Shown one piece after another: positions 54,650-64,000 of a stretch of DNA of 64,000 bases; position 1 is the first letter of the stretch, and the number at the start of each line of letters is the position of its first letter. Below the pieces are notes generated by a model. The model did no database searches. It saw only the letters and a list, made by a program, of their open reading frames with translations, and was not told the DNA's origin. Source of the stretch: a virus (taxonomy: Duplodnaviria > Caudoviricetes); the IMG/VR virus record IMGVR_UViG_3300019129_000002, positions 891 to 64,890 of that record. One strand, written 5' to 3'. The translations under genes were made by a program, and so were the position numbers.

Positions 54650-56803
54650 ATGACACTAAGAAAGATTCACGTCTTTCGAGCAGGGCCACAAATTTCATCA
54701 AACGGTATGGAAAAAACCTTCACCCAGAAGGATTTACAAGAAGTGGTCGAGTCTTACGAACCAGATGTCCATGAGGCTCCTATAGTTATCGGTCATTCTG
54801 GGGATAATGATTCGGCTCCTGCCTATGGTTGGGTTAAAGGTTTTGAAAGGGAAGGGGATGACCTTTATGCCAAGGTTGACACCACCGCCCCTATGGATAA
54901 TCTACTTAAAAATAAACATTATAAAAAAGTATCTATTTCTCTATACTCTCCTAAATCCAAGGTAAACCCTCATAAAGGGAAATGGAGTGCAAGACATCTT
55001 GCTATGTTGGGGGCAAGTCCTCCAGCTATCAAAGGGTTATCCGATTTCGGATACTCAGAGGCTGAGATTTTGGACTTTTCAATGGATTTAGAAGATGAAG
55101 ATGATTCTATGAAAAATTTTGGTCCAAGTTTTCTTGATGAACTATCTCCAGGAGATCTTATGAAAGAAGCTTACCAAGAACACACGGGAGAAAAGGTTAC
55201 CATAAAGGTTTCTAAATCAATGAAAGGGGAAGAAGAAATGGCTGACGACAACACTATGAAATCTAAGGAAATTGACATGGCTGAATGTAAAGATAAGCAT
55301 AACCCTGCTTCTAGTAAGGAACATCATCTCACCTCTGAGAAGAAAGGTGATGGGAAGGTATGGTATGCAGGTGAAGATGGTTATATGTACACTTCTGAAG
55401 GCGACTACCCTCTCTATGTTAAAGGGGAAGAAGAAAAACGTTACACCAAAATGGAAGAAGGTGTGGACTTCAGAGATAAGAAATATTACTATAAAAGAGG
55501 TGGACGTTATAGAAACTTCTCTGAACTCCCAGAATCCGTATCTCATGAGTATGGGGAACAAATGACCCATACAGTGGAAGGTGTGGACTACCCTGCTTAC
55601 TATAAAGAAGGTAAGAAATACTACCCTATGGTGAAAGAAGGCAAAGCCGATTATTCTGATCGATGCCATTATTATAAAAAGAAAGGCAAGTATGTTATGT
55701 TTAGCTGTCCAGAAAATTATGCTGAAAAGCCCGGTCTGAATAATATCATGCCTTCCAATGACCCTAAAGCAGAAGAAAAGCGTTCTCAAGTTGCCAATGA
55801 CAATGGGGATGCAGAAGAAGCTCGTTACGAAACCGTTGGACAAGGTGATAGTCATCACGAAGAAGCAGAAGGTGACAACGAAACCGCTATTCAAGGGAAA
55901 GCTCCTGAAATCGCAGGTTTCCAAGGGGAAACGGGTTCTGACGGAGGGGACATGGAAGAGGCTCGTCACCGCTCCACCGCCACTAAAGCAAAAGATCACC
56001 GAAGAATGTTGGAAAACTCCAAAGGTATTGTCCAACCCATGGAAACAGACCTTGGAATGAGTGCTAAGTTAACTGCTTACTCAGAAGATGAGATGGAGAG
56101 ACCCGAAGAAAAAGGTTATCCCGCCAACCCTGAAGAAGGTCGTACCCCTGCTCCTGTAGCAGATAGAGGTGTTGAATCTGACTCCGTCACCCATGCCACT
56201 ATGGAAGGTACTAAAACTCATTTCTCCGAAGAAGATAAGCCTTCTGAAGAAGTTGCTAAAGAGGACTTTTATGAGCAACCTGTTTCTTCTGAAATGACTG
56301 GGGCCTCTCGTCATGAGAACGTGGTAGAAAACATTACTAAGGAAGACCATATCAAAGCTTTAATGGAAGAACTTTCTTCTATGAAGTCTGATATGTTGTC
56401 CATCAAAGAAGAAAATCAAAGATTACGTTCAGCAGCTAATCACGCAATGAAAGAACGTCGTCATTCCAACGTAGAAAAGTTCATTAATGGACTATACGAA
56501 TCAGGTAAGATGTACGACGCTATTGCCACCCCTGAAGCCATTTCTGGGTACTGCGAAAAACTCATTGCTTTTGATGAAGGAGAAGAAGTAGAGTTCTCTG
56601 AAGATGAACCTAAACTCTTTGACACCTTTAAAAAGATTATGGAGAACCTCCCTGTACAAGTTCCTTATGGAGAAATGAAGGAAGAAAAAGTTGACTTCCA
56701 AGAAGAAGACTTAGATCCCCATGAACGTGCTTTGAAGCGTTCCAAAGAGGAAGGAATTGAATACACTGAGGCTTTGAAACAAGAGTTATTTAGCAATAAA
56801 TAA
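54650..56803 (+). CDS. Mu-like prohead protease / scaffold (gpI/Z-like)
   Basis: HEAPIVIGH, PAYGWV, YKKVSISLY and HLAMLGASPPAIKGL, followed by a long acidic scaffold. Confidence 0.85.
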   Translation: MTLRKIHVFRAGPQISSNGMEKTFTQKDLQEVVESYEPDVHEAPIVIGHSGDNDSAPAYGWVKGFEREGDDLYAKVDTTAPMDNLLKNKHYKKVSISLYSPKSKVNPHKGKWSARHLAMLGASPPAIKGLSDFGYSEAEILDFSMDLEDEDDSMKNFGPSFLDELSPGDLMKEAYQEHTGEKVTIKVSKSMKGEEEMADDNTMKSKEIDMAECKDKHNPASSKEHHLTSEKKGDGKVWYAGEDGYMYTSEGDYPLYVKGEEEKRYTKMEEGVDFRDKKYYYKRGGRYRNFSELPESVSHEYGEQMTHTVEGVDYPAYYKEGKKYYPMVKEGKADYSDRCHYYKKKGKYVMFSCPENYAEKPGLNNIMPSNDPKAEEKRSQVANDNGDAEEARYETVGQGDSHHEEAEGDNETAIQGKAPEIAGFQGETGSDGGDMEEARHRSTATKAKDHRRMLENSKGIVQPMETDLGMSAKLTAYSEDEMERPEEKGYPANPEEGRTPAPVADRGVESDSVTHATMEGTKTHFSEEDKPSEEVAKEDFYEQPVSSEMTGASRHENVVENITKEDHIKALMEELSSMKSDMLSIKEENQRLRSAANHAMKERRHSNVEKFINGLYESGKMYDAIATPEAISGYCEKLIAFDEGEEVEFSEDEPKLFDTFKKIMENLPVQVPYGEMKEEKVDFQEEDLDPHERALKRSKEEGIEYTEALKQELFSNK

Positions 56804-56819
56804 TAGGGGTTACTTGACT

Positions 56820-57133
56820 TATGTGGGATAGGTCTTCAAGAGTCAAAGTAAAAAGGAATATATAGAAAAGGCTCTGAAACGAAGTAAAAAGTACCTGAGC
56901 CTAACCAAACTAGAAAACTACTTCTATAGATTTCTTCCTCTTGATGACTGATCCCTCTATATATATCTCAAGGGGTTACACCGTGACTCCTCTATTTCAG
57001 AGGGGAATATCGGGTTAAAAGAGATGAGAAGGGTTTCCCCCCAATGGATCATGAGACTTGTAAAGATTGTTGGAACTTCCATCAACGAGGTTGCAGATGT
57101 CTAGATCGTTGGCGTTGTGAAATGGAATTTTGA
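56820..57133 (+). pseudogene. Decayed head-morphogenesis (MuF-like) gene
   Basis: Broken frames ending GLKEMRRVSP / MDHETCKDCWNFHQRGCRCLDRWRCEMEF*, resembling the CxxC...CxCxxxCRC C-terminus of MuF-type proteins. Confidence 0.5.
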
Positions 57134-57234
57134 TATAAAGTTGGGTAAAACCACTACAGGGACAGTCTTAAAAATACTACTAGAAAATACAAGAAACAGG
57201 TGAATATCAACAATCATACCTGGAGGTATTTCCT

Positions 57235-57654
57235 ATGGCCTCAAACGTAGGGCCACAGTATGGCAAGCAGGTTATCCGCTTTGCCGAGACACACGAGTTT
57301 TCTTCTGACGAAGTTTTCGAGTTTCGTTTAGTTTGGAACAATGCTGGTACTAAAGAAGTCCAAGACGGTGCAAGTGCAGCCGGCTCTGTAACTCTCGGGG
57401 TTAACCAGTATTACATCCCTTCCGCAACCGAAGCTCCAGCAGCATCCCGTTTAGGATCTGTTGCCTTCTCTGGAACTCTTCTTGTAGAAGCCGATGCAGC
57501 CAACTTACAGGCTGTCGGAGATGCTCTTTTAGTAGATGGAGTAGGTCGAAGCGCATCTACTGGAGCAGCCGTTACCGTTAACAACACTACACCTATCATC
57601 CGTGAGCAAGTTCTCATCGGTGGCCGGTCAATGGTTTTAGTAAGCTTTAGCTAA
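57235..57654 (+). CDS. Capsid decoration/cement protein
   Basis: Small Gly/Ala/Val-rich protein directly upstream of the major capsid gene; GGAGGT RBS. Confidence 0.65.
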   Translation: MASNVGPQYGKQVIRFAETHEFSSDEVFEFRLVWNNAGTKEVQDGASAAGSVTLGVNQYYIPSATEAPAASRLGSVAFSGTLLVEADAANLQAVGDALLVDGVGRSASTGAAVTVNNTTPIIREQVLIGGRSMVLVSFS

Positions 57655-57672
57655 TATTTAGGAGGATTTAAA

Positions 57673-58695
57673 ATGCTGAATCTTAGAGATAGCTATGGTG
57701 GTACTGACCCGATCTTAACCACCTTGGCTCAAGGATATGCCTTACCCGAGACAAACATTGCAAACTTCATTGCTCCCGTTGTAGATACTCCCACCCGTGC
57801 TGGTCGGATTCTACGTTTCGGTAAAGAGCAATTTGCTATCAATGATTACCGTCGGGCTTACGGGACTAACATTCCCGCCGTTCAAAGCCGATTCGACAGT
57901 GAACCTTACACTGTAGAACAAGAGGTTATTGCATGGGAGATTCCTGAAGAAGTAATCGAAAACGCAGGTGAAGGCCCTGCACAAGTTGACTTACGAGCCA
58001 TTGAAACTCGTAACGCCATGAAACGCTTGATGAACAGCTATGAGAAGACTGTTGCTGATGGTGTGGCTGTTTCTGCTGCTTATGAGACAAACTTGGCATT
58101 CGCAACCTGGACTCTCTTCCAAGCTGCTTACCCTGGTGCTGGTAATGAAAACTGGACAGACCCTACTAACACTTCCGATCCCATCAAAGACGTATTGATT
58201 ATCAAGCGTCAAGTAGCTAACCAAATTGGTATCCGTCCTAACTCAATGGTGTTAGGTTCTGCTGTTTACGATAACCTATTAGTTAACAGTAAGATTGAAG
58301 AAAGAATCAAGTATACAACCGTTGCATCTATCGACATCGATGTAATCGCTCGTTACTTCGGCCTTTCCCGCGGTATCCGTGTAGCAGAAGGTCGCTTCTT
58401 AGAAACCGATGGACGTTTACTCCCCGTGTTCCCTGAGAATGCAATCTTAGTCTTCTATAGTCCATTAGGACCTAGTGATAGTGTTATGCCAGCCGGCGGT
58501 GCTTCTATGAGTACACCTGCTTATGCTTACACCTATCAGTTAACCGGAACCCCTGCTGTACGCCCTGAATACTTTGTTCGGGAACGCCGGGTTGTACGCG
58601 CTGAAATCACGGTCGAACGTATTGTAAACTTAGTTGGATTAGGAGCTACTGGATTAATCGGTTCGGGTTTCTACATTGCAGATATCTTAGCATAA
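57673..58695 (+). CDS. Major capsid protein
   Basis: DPILTTLAQGY...IAPVV...FGKE...GIRPNSMVLG; 340 aa; GGAGG RBS; position in the head module. Confidence 0.85.
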   Translation: MLNLRDSYGGTDPILTTLAQGYALPETNIANFIAPVVDTPTRAGRILRFGKEQFAINDYRRAYGTNIPAVQSRFDSEPYTVEQEVIAWEIPEEVIENAGEGPAQVDLRAIETRNAMKRLMNSYEKTVADGVAVSAAYETNLAFATWTLFQAAYPGAGNENWTDPTNTSDPIKDVLIIKRQVANQIGIRPNSMVLGSAVYDNLLVNSKIEERIKYTTVASIDIDVIARYFGLSRGIRVAEGRFLETDGRLLPVFPENAILVFYSPLGPSDSVMPAGGASMSTPAYAYTYQLTGTPAVRPEYFVRERRVVRAEITVERIVNLVGLGATGLIGSGFYIADILA

Positions 58696-58713
58696 TCTTG
58701 AGGAGGTGCAACT

Positions 58714-59136
58714 ATGGCAATTCTCAAGCCTATAACCAAAGCTGGTTTTATTGTTTACGCCGAAGGAGTCGACCTCTTCTGGACAACTTTCTCAGGTATC
58801 AATGACACAGCCGAGACTGGGACGTACGCTAACCAAACTGGAAACAGAATTTTCAAGGTAGTCGGACCAAGAACATTGGAAGATATGGAGCTAAGTTCTC
58901 CTTATGACCCCGTTCTTGCTCAACAGGCAGAAGAGTTCTGGCTTAACTATCAATGTCAATTCTTAACAATCACTATCCAACCCGTGCTTTGCGACGGTGA
59001 AGAAGAAAATGGGCCACCCTACATTATCGAAGGGGCTCAACTCAGTTCACTAAGTGTAGCCGAAGTAGATAGAGAATCTGGTGACGTTGCGATGATTACT
59101 TTATCCTTTACAGCCAACTCTTGGCGGCGAGGTTAA
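58714..59136 (+). CDS. Probable tail tube protein
   Basis: WTTFSGI...VGPRT...YDP...EVDRESGDVAMITLSF; 140-aa beta-rich protein. Confidence 0.65.
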   Translation: MAILKPITKAGFIVYAEGVDLFWTTFSGINDTAETGTYANQTGNRIFKVVGPRTLEDMELSSPYDPVLAQQAEEFWLNYQCQFLTITIQPVLCDGEEENGPPYIIEGAQLSSLSVAEVDRESGDVAMITLSFTANSWRRG

Positions 59137-59363
59137 ACTTTATCTTGGGAAGGGGGTTAAACCTCTTCCTATCACAATTTTTATCATAGGACTATGACTA
59201 AAAAAGTATTATGTGGAAAGACTATTATCAAGGAAGGTTCGTCCTGTAATAGTCATTTTTCTGAGTCAATATCTAAAAAAGTGGAGAAGGCTTCTTCTAA
59301 ACTTGCCAACAAGAAGGATTTATATTATACTGAAGAAGTAGATAAGGAAAAGGAAGAGACTCA

Positions 59364-59765
59364 ATGAGGACAGCTCACGTTTACCGAATAACCTTCATGG
59401 ATCCAGGACACTATTATTCAGGTAGCAGACTTTGTCCAAAAGGAGTTAGCATCCAAGAAGATTCTAAAATTACCGTAGAAGAAAACATTTCTAAAAGAAA
59501 GTTCGATAAGGATAGGTACGAGATTATAACTGAACCTACCATTTGGATAAAGAGAAAGTGGGACAGAAACGGGAGAAAACCCTCTTATCCAGATCTCGAA
59601 ATAATAAACACTATCTCAGTCCCAGGTTTTAATAGTCTTAAGAAACTGGAGGATTTTATGGAAAGAGAAACGGGGGAACCTGTGGGTAACTTAAGGAAAT
59701 ATTTAAAAGGCTATGCCAACCATGTTAAAGGGTGGACTATAATCCCAGGGGGTGATAATGGCTAA
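59364..59765 (+). CDS. Degenerate GIY-YIG/NUMOD-like endonuclease
   Basis: HVYRITF...YYSGSR N-terminus and HVKGWTI C-terminus; too short for an intact nuclease. Confidence 0.45.
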   Translation: MRTAHVYRITFMDPGHYYSGSRLCPKGVSIQEDSKITVEENISKRKFDKDRYEIITEPTIWIKRKWDRNGRKPSYPDLEIINTISVPGFNSLKKLEDFMERETGEPVGNLRKYLKGYANHVKGWTIIPGGDNG

Positions 59766-60264
59766 AACACAATTTTCGCCGGGCGTTGTAGTAACTTCTA
59801 AGTTCCTGAATGGTTTACAACAGATATTCTTTGACGGTAAGGACGCAGATTTTCACTACGACCCTCTCGATTTAAACGACATTCAAAAAGATGGGGATAT
59901 AGGTTTTGATTCCCGGTATATCACCTTAACAACCCAACAAACTATCACCGGTGATAAGTCGGTATTAGGGAAATGGGAGTTCGGAGAAGATGGTTGTCCC
60001 GGATCTACCCTACCCTCAAATGCTCCTCTATCCCATGTGAGTAACTGTAAATGGTATGGTGGAACCAATATAGGGAGCCTAGATCGGTTGGAAGATGCGG
60101 ACCTCATTACTAAGTTAATGTTGATCCAAGCCCTTCGAGATTTATCCCTAAATGACCTTGGAGACGTGGAATGTGCCTCACCAGGTGACGAGTTTATTCT
60201 AAGTTTCAATGCTTCCCAAGGGGAATGGACTTGCGGAGATGTAGTTAACGGAGGATTCTTTTAA
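59758..60264 (+). CDS. Tail/baseplate structural protein
   Basis: KTQFSPGVVVTSKFLNG, YITLTTQQTITGDK, and the SLNDLGDV fibre-type repeat. Confidence 0.6.
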   Translation: MAKTQFSPGVVVTSKFLNGLQQIFFDGKDADFHYDPLDLNDIQKDGDIGFDSRYITLTTQQTITGDKSVLGKWEFGEDGCPGSTLPSNAPLSHVSNCKWYGGTNIGSLDRLEDADLITKLMLIQALRDLSLNDLGDVECASPGDEFILSFNASQGEWTCGDVVNGGFF

Positions 60265-60267
60265 GAT

Positions 60268-62976
60268 ATGGTTCGTTATGCACCCCTCCCAGACATTAGA
60301 GTAGATCCGAGAACAGAGAGACAGTTAGTTAGCGACGCTTCCCAAAGAGTTTATCAAGCAAGTGGTGGAACACTTAACGACTTCTCCTCTGGATCTCCAG
60401 TAGTGGCCCTATTAGAGGGTCAAGCTTTCGCGCAATCAGAATTTTTATATTGGGCGAGTAAGCTACCAGAAGCTATATTAATAGATTGGATTGGCCCCTT
60501 TTTAGGAGCCCAAAGAAAACTTGGAAACCCGAGTCTAGTTACTTTACAATTTGACATTTCTCCTCAAGATACTCCTTTTGTTATTACAGAAGGGTTCTTC
60601 ACTTCAACAGACCCTAACCTTAACAACGGGGTGACGGTTCAATTTGTAACTACACAGACTTTAATCATCCCTCCAGGGAGTTTTACAGGGACTGTTACAG
60701 CCGTCTCCACTACTACGGGGAACTTGACAAACGTTCCACCTAATACCATCGTAAGATTTAATGAAATACTGCAAGGTTTAAATTCAGTAACTAACCCTGA
60801 ATCTTCTACTGGTGGTGAAGATTTTGAAACGGTAGATCAGGTTAAGGAAAGATTTTTCTCCCTTATCAGAAGACGAAACCCTGTTTCAGCCGAAGATTGG
60901 CAAGGTTTGATGGAAGATTTATTAGGGGTTGGCACAATAACCTGTGCTCTTCCGAGACGTTCCAACTTTGGTTCCTTTGACAGATTTGAAGATTACTTAA
61001 CAACCCCTGGACACTTCAGTCTGTTTAGCCTGAATGCAGATGGTTCTGAGCTATCAGAAGCTCAAATCGCAGGGGCTCAAAACATAATAAATAATAAGAC
61101 CCCCGTGGGGTTGGACGTTCATTTATACCCTAAGAAACTCTTTGAAGTGGATGTGAAAACGGTTATCCAGTATAATCCTGGTTTACCTTATTCTCAAAAC
61201 TTGCAGAACCTAAGTTTACAACTAAGAGAGCTTACTCGGAACATACTGAGACCTAACCGGGAATTCCCCTCTGACTATGCCCCATCAGTTACAGATATTG
61301 AGTCAGCACTGAACAGCACTTTCCCTGGAACTTTTGGTTCAACTAACCAGTATGTTGACCCTGACATACTGTCTATCTTAACATATACTTCTCCCAGAAC
61401 TTTAGTTTCTTCTAACATTCAAGGTGCTGAGTTAGTGCCGTTAGAAACAGGATTCCGAGTAAAAGAGGGTGACTTGGTTTCCCGAAATGAAAACTTGTTT
61501 TTAGCGTTGCAATCGTTTAACCCTGTTCCATTTAACAAAGGATATTATACTAACACTGATACTCTGGTGTTCAGAAGAATATTAAACTTCCAACCTGGAG
61601 ATTATAAGAGAAGCGACGTTATTGCTATCTTTGACTCAGGGACAGGATTATATGACATTCGTGTAGTTCTGAAGGACTTCTTCTACCGTGAAAGAAATAC
61701 TATTTCTGAACTAGAGGCTAATAAACTTATTTCTCCTGTAAAAACCTTTTCTGACTGGGTTATCGGAGATGACTACATTGCGATTGATAATTTCAATGCC
61801 TATAACCCTGACATAATCACTTTGGAAGAAACGGATTTAGAAGATATTTTTAAGCCCGAACAAATAGCTAACGAACCTTTAGAATCTCGTCCAGGGTGGT
61901 ATGTCTTCTTGGTTAATGAAAACTTTACTAGGGAAGCACCAACCTCTGACTTTTCTACAGTGCAGACTCAAGGGTTAGTTTCTTCTAGCATTATTATCAC
62001 TAAAAACCTTGTTCCAGGAACTACGTATCAGGAAGGAGACTATATTCAAACAAAACTCCCAGAAGATTCTTTATGTCCTGCCGACCCTTTCCAGTTTGTT
62101 GTTGACACCATGGAAGGAGTGGTTTCTATCACCGCCAGGGTTTTAAGAGAGTTCCGTTTTGAACCAAACTCTACAGAAACTTTAGAAGAATCTATAGAGA
62201 GATTAGTAGCTAACAACATTATCCGAATGGTAAATGTTCTACCCTTTGAAGATGAAGATGGAAGCTTCTACGAAAATACCCCCTTCCGTTATTCTACAAG
62301 GTTTTCTTTAGGAGAATACCTCAGAGGAAGAGTACCTCAAGCTGATGATACTTATTACCTCTGCTTAGCGGATTTCACCCCTGATACTTCTGACCTGAGT
62401 AAGCTCATAGAAAATAGAACTATTCTAGAAGTCAGTGTAAATGAAGTTCCTTCAACGGTTAGAGATATATTCAGGTTTATCCCAGGTGACACCGCTCTAT
62501 TCCGGCAAGATACCAGTAGGTTTAGAAGCTTTACCGCCACAGATTTTGTAACTCCCGTTGCTTTGCTCGAAGTTTACGAAGATAATGATCTGTTTGTGCC
62601 AACTTCTATGAGTGAAACCCAGAAATACTTTGATAGGAACTATAAGTATGAACAGATTATCCAAGATGATGAAGCTTTTTACCGAGTGATAAAACCTTTC
62701 ACCCCTCTTACAGAAGGGACTGCAAGAACCTTTGAGCTTCAGAAACTTGTCTTGAAGTTGGTAGTTAAAAAGGAATGTAGCGAAAGAATCCAGAATGCCA
62801 TTTCGGCTGCTACAAGTGCTAATCAATTGGGATTCTTTGATATTCAGTTGGTTGATCAGTCCGCTTCTAAGTTTGCTACAAGGTTTATTTGGGAGCAAGA
62901 TGCCAGTTTATCTTTCGTAACCCCCGGTAACGAAGAAGATTTAGTTGATTATGGGGATGGAACGTTAGCATTATGA
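60268..62976 (+). CDS. Baseplate J-like wedge protein with long C-terminal extension
   Basis: DPRTERQLV, LNDFSSGSP..ALLE, VTNPESSTGGEDFET and VSAEDW. Confidence 0.85.
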   Translation: MVRYAPLPDIRVDPRTERQLVSDASQRVYQASGGTLNDFSSGSPVVALLEGQAFAQSEFLYWASKLPEAILIDWIGPFLGAQRKLGNPSLVTLQFDISPQDTPFVITEGFFTSTDPNLNNGVTVQFVTTQTLIIPPGSFTGTVTAVSTTTGNLTNVPPNTIVRFNEILQGLNSVTNPESSTGGEDFETVDQVKERFFSLIRRRNPVSAEDWQGLMEDLLGVGTITCALPRRSNFGSFDRFEDYLTTPGHFSLFSLNADGSELSEAQIAGAQNIINNKTPVGLDVHLYPKKLFEVDVKTVIQYNPGLPYSQNLQNLSLQLRELTRNILRPNREFPSDYAPSVTDIESALNSTFPGTFGSTNQYVDPDILSILTYTSPRTLVSSNIQGAELVPLETGFRVKEGDLVSRNENLFLALQSFNPVPFNKGYYTNTDTLVFRRILNFQPGDYKRSDVIAIFDSGTGLYDIRVVLKDFFYRERNTISELEANKLISPVKTFSDWVIGDDYIAIDNFNAYNPDIITLEETDLEDIFKPEQIANEPLESRPGWYVFLVNENFTREAPTSDFSTVQTQGLVSSSIIITKNLVPGTTYQEGDYIQTKLPEDSLCPADPFQFVVDTMEGVVSITARVLREFRFEPNSTETLEESIERLVANNIIRMVNVLPFEDEDGSFYENTPFRYSTRFSLGEYLRGRVPQADDTYYLCLADFTPDTSDLSKLIENRTILEVSVNEVPSTVRDIFRFIPGDTALFRQDTSRFRSFTATDFVTPVALLEVYEDNDLFVPTSMSETQKYFDRNYKYEQIIQDDEAFYRVIKPFTPLTEGTARTFELQKLVLKLVVKKECSERIQNAISAATSANQLGFFDIQLVDQSASKFATRFIWEQDASLSFVTPGNEEDLVDYGDGTLAL

Positions 62977-64000
62977 TAAACCCTTTAGATGGGGGTCGGA
63001 GATCCATACAGGTTCCTGACCCTCCGTTAACAAATAACATTCAAGTAACCTCTGAGATTCTTAGAAGACTCTTTGGGCTGGAGGCTAGACCAACAGTTTG
63101 GGAAGAAGAAGGTGGAAGACCTATTTATGATAGGCTCCCTTCTGCTTCAGAGGCTTATAAGAAAACTCCAGAAGACACAACGGCTGGGAGAGTATTTCTT
63201 CCTCCTGATGGTTCTAGAGGTAGTGGAATAGGTTCTTTGCAACCCCTTCTCTTAGAAGGAAACAGGGTAGGGATACAATCCGGAATAGTTTCCTGGCCAG
63301 AAGGAACTACACAACATGAACAAACTTTTTTGGACATAACCCCCTTAGGGTTAGAATCTAGCAGATGGTTCCTTGGTTACGAGTTACAGACAGACGACAC
63401 TCCACGAGCTTTCCGTTATCAGATTCAAGACCAAAACCTTCAGAGTATAAAAGGGTGGGAAGTCTCCTCTCCTCTTGAAATATGCGGGATGGAGTCCATC
63501 TACGCTATCCAGAATACAGAGGATAGGTTTTTTAGCCCTCAAGCAGAATTAAACATCACTTTTTCAACCTTTGCGAACTTTAACAAAATACAAGTTCCTA
63601 TCCTACTGACATCTTTTGGGAAGCAGTTCATTCAATCAAACCCTGCAACCCTATCCACCAACCTTAATCCTGATGTTGAAATCGTAGGGAGATATGATGA
63701 TTCTAAAGGGGTAATCTTTTTTGAAAATCTTTCCTTTAACGGAGCGATTACTGAACTTACTATCAGATATCCTTTAGCACCCGTTTATTCCACTTCTATA
63801 AAAAACATTTTATTTGACGGGATTATAGATGTTGTCACTCCTCCAGAAAATAACTCATATGGTGCAAACTTGGTAATCTATAATTTGGAAGATGAAGAAG
63901 TTCGGACTTCCATTTTGTGCTTATTAGCTTATTTTGAAACTAACTCTCAGGGCATTATACAATCCTTTAGAGATATCCGTAGAATAACTGCTGTTAAGAA
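62973..64000 (+). CDS. Probable baseplate/tail protein, 3'-truncated by the window
   Basis: ATGA overlap with baseplate J; MINPLDGGRRS...RPIYDRLP. I checked the first ~110 codons as open. Absent from the ORF track, consistent with no stop before the window end. Confidence 0.65.
   Translation, partial: MINPLDGGRRSIQVPDPPLTNNIQVTSEILRRLFGLEARPTVWEEEGGRPIYDRLPSASEAYKKTPEDTTAGRVFLPPDGSRGSGIGSLQPLLLEGNRVGIQSGIVSWPEGTTQHEQTFLDITPLGLESSRWFLGYELQTDDTPRAFRYQIQDQNLQSIKGWEVSSPLEICGMESIYAIQNTEDRFFSPQAELNITFSTFANFNKIQVPILLTSFGKQFIQSNPATLSTNLNPDVEIVGRYDDSKGVIFFENLSFNGAITELTIRYPLAPVYSTSIKNILFDGIIDVVTPPENNSYGANLVIYNLEDEEVRTSILCLLAYFETNSQGIIQSFRDIRRITAVK

Noticed and set aside
55217-56035. 272-aa minus-strand ORF
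   Set aside because: Phe/Ser-rich antisense shadow of the Glu/Lys-rich scaffold gene. The other short minus-strand and nested ORFs in the track were dismissed for the same reason.

Overview
A 64 kb slice of a low-GC, contractile-tailed (myovirus-type) cyanophage genome. Essentially all credible genes are on the + strand. A cyanobacterial, phycobilisome-bearing host is inferred from two nblA-like genes, an hli gene and two CpcS/CpeS-type bilin-lyase-like genes. Layout: end of a probable tape-measure gene (1-696); an early/middle region (0.7-47 kb) driven by about 25 near-identical TTGTCA-N16-18-TATAAT promoters; and a structural module (47-64 kb) with a tail chaperone carrying a -1 slippery site, a 1250-aa sheath, gp25, a Mu-like portal and protease/scaffold, capsid, tube and baseplate. 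The early/middle region carries DNA-modification, nucleotide-metabolism, replication, two sigma-factor genes and a tRNA-Thr. The two strongest candidates for new biology are: (1) a DNA base-hypermodification cluster (class-II glutamine amidotransferase, amidoligase, GNAT, amino-acid:DNA transferase, P-loop kinase, plus a distant TET/JBP dioxygenase) that predicts an amidated/acetylated amino-acid adduct; and (2) a mitochondrial Pol-gamma-like DNA polymerase split into three separately promoted genes, with motif A on a different polypeptide from motifs B and C and no visible intein or intron. All family calls come from motif recognition by eye. No database search was run.
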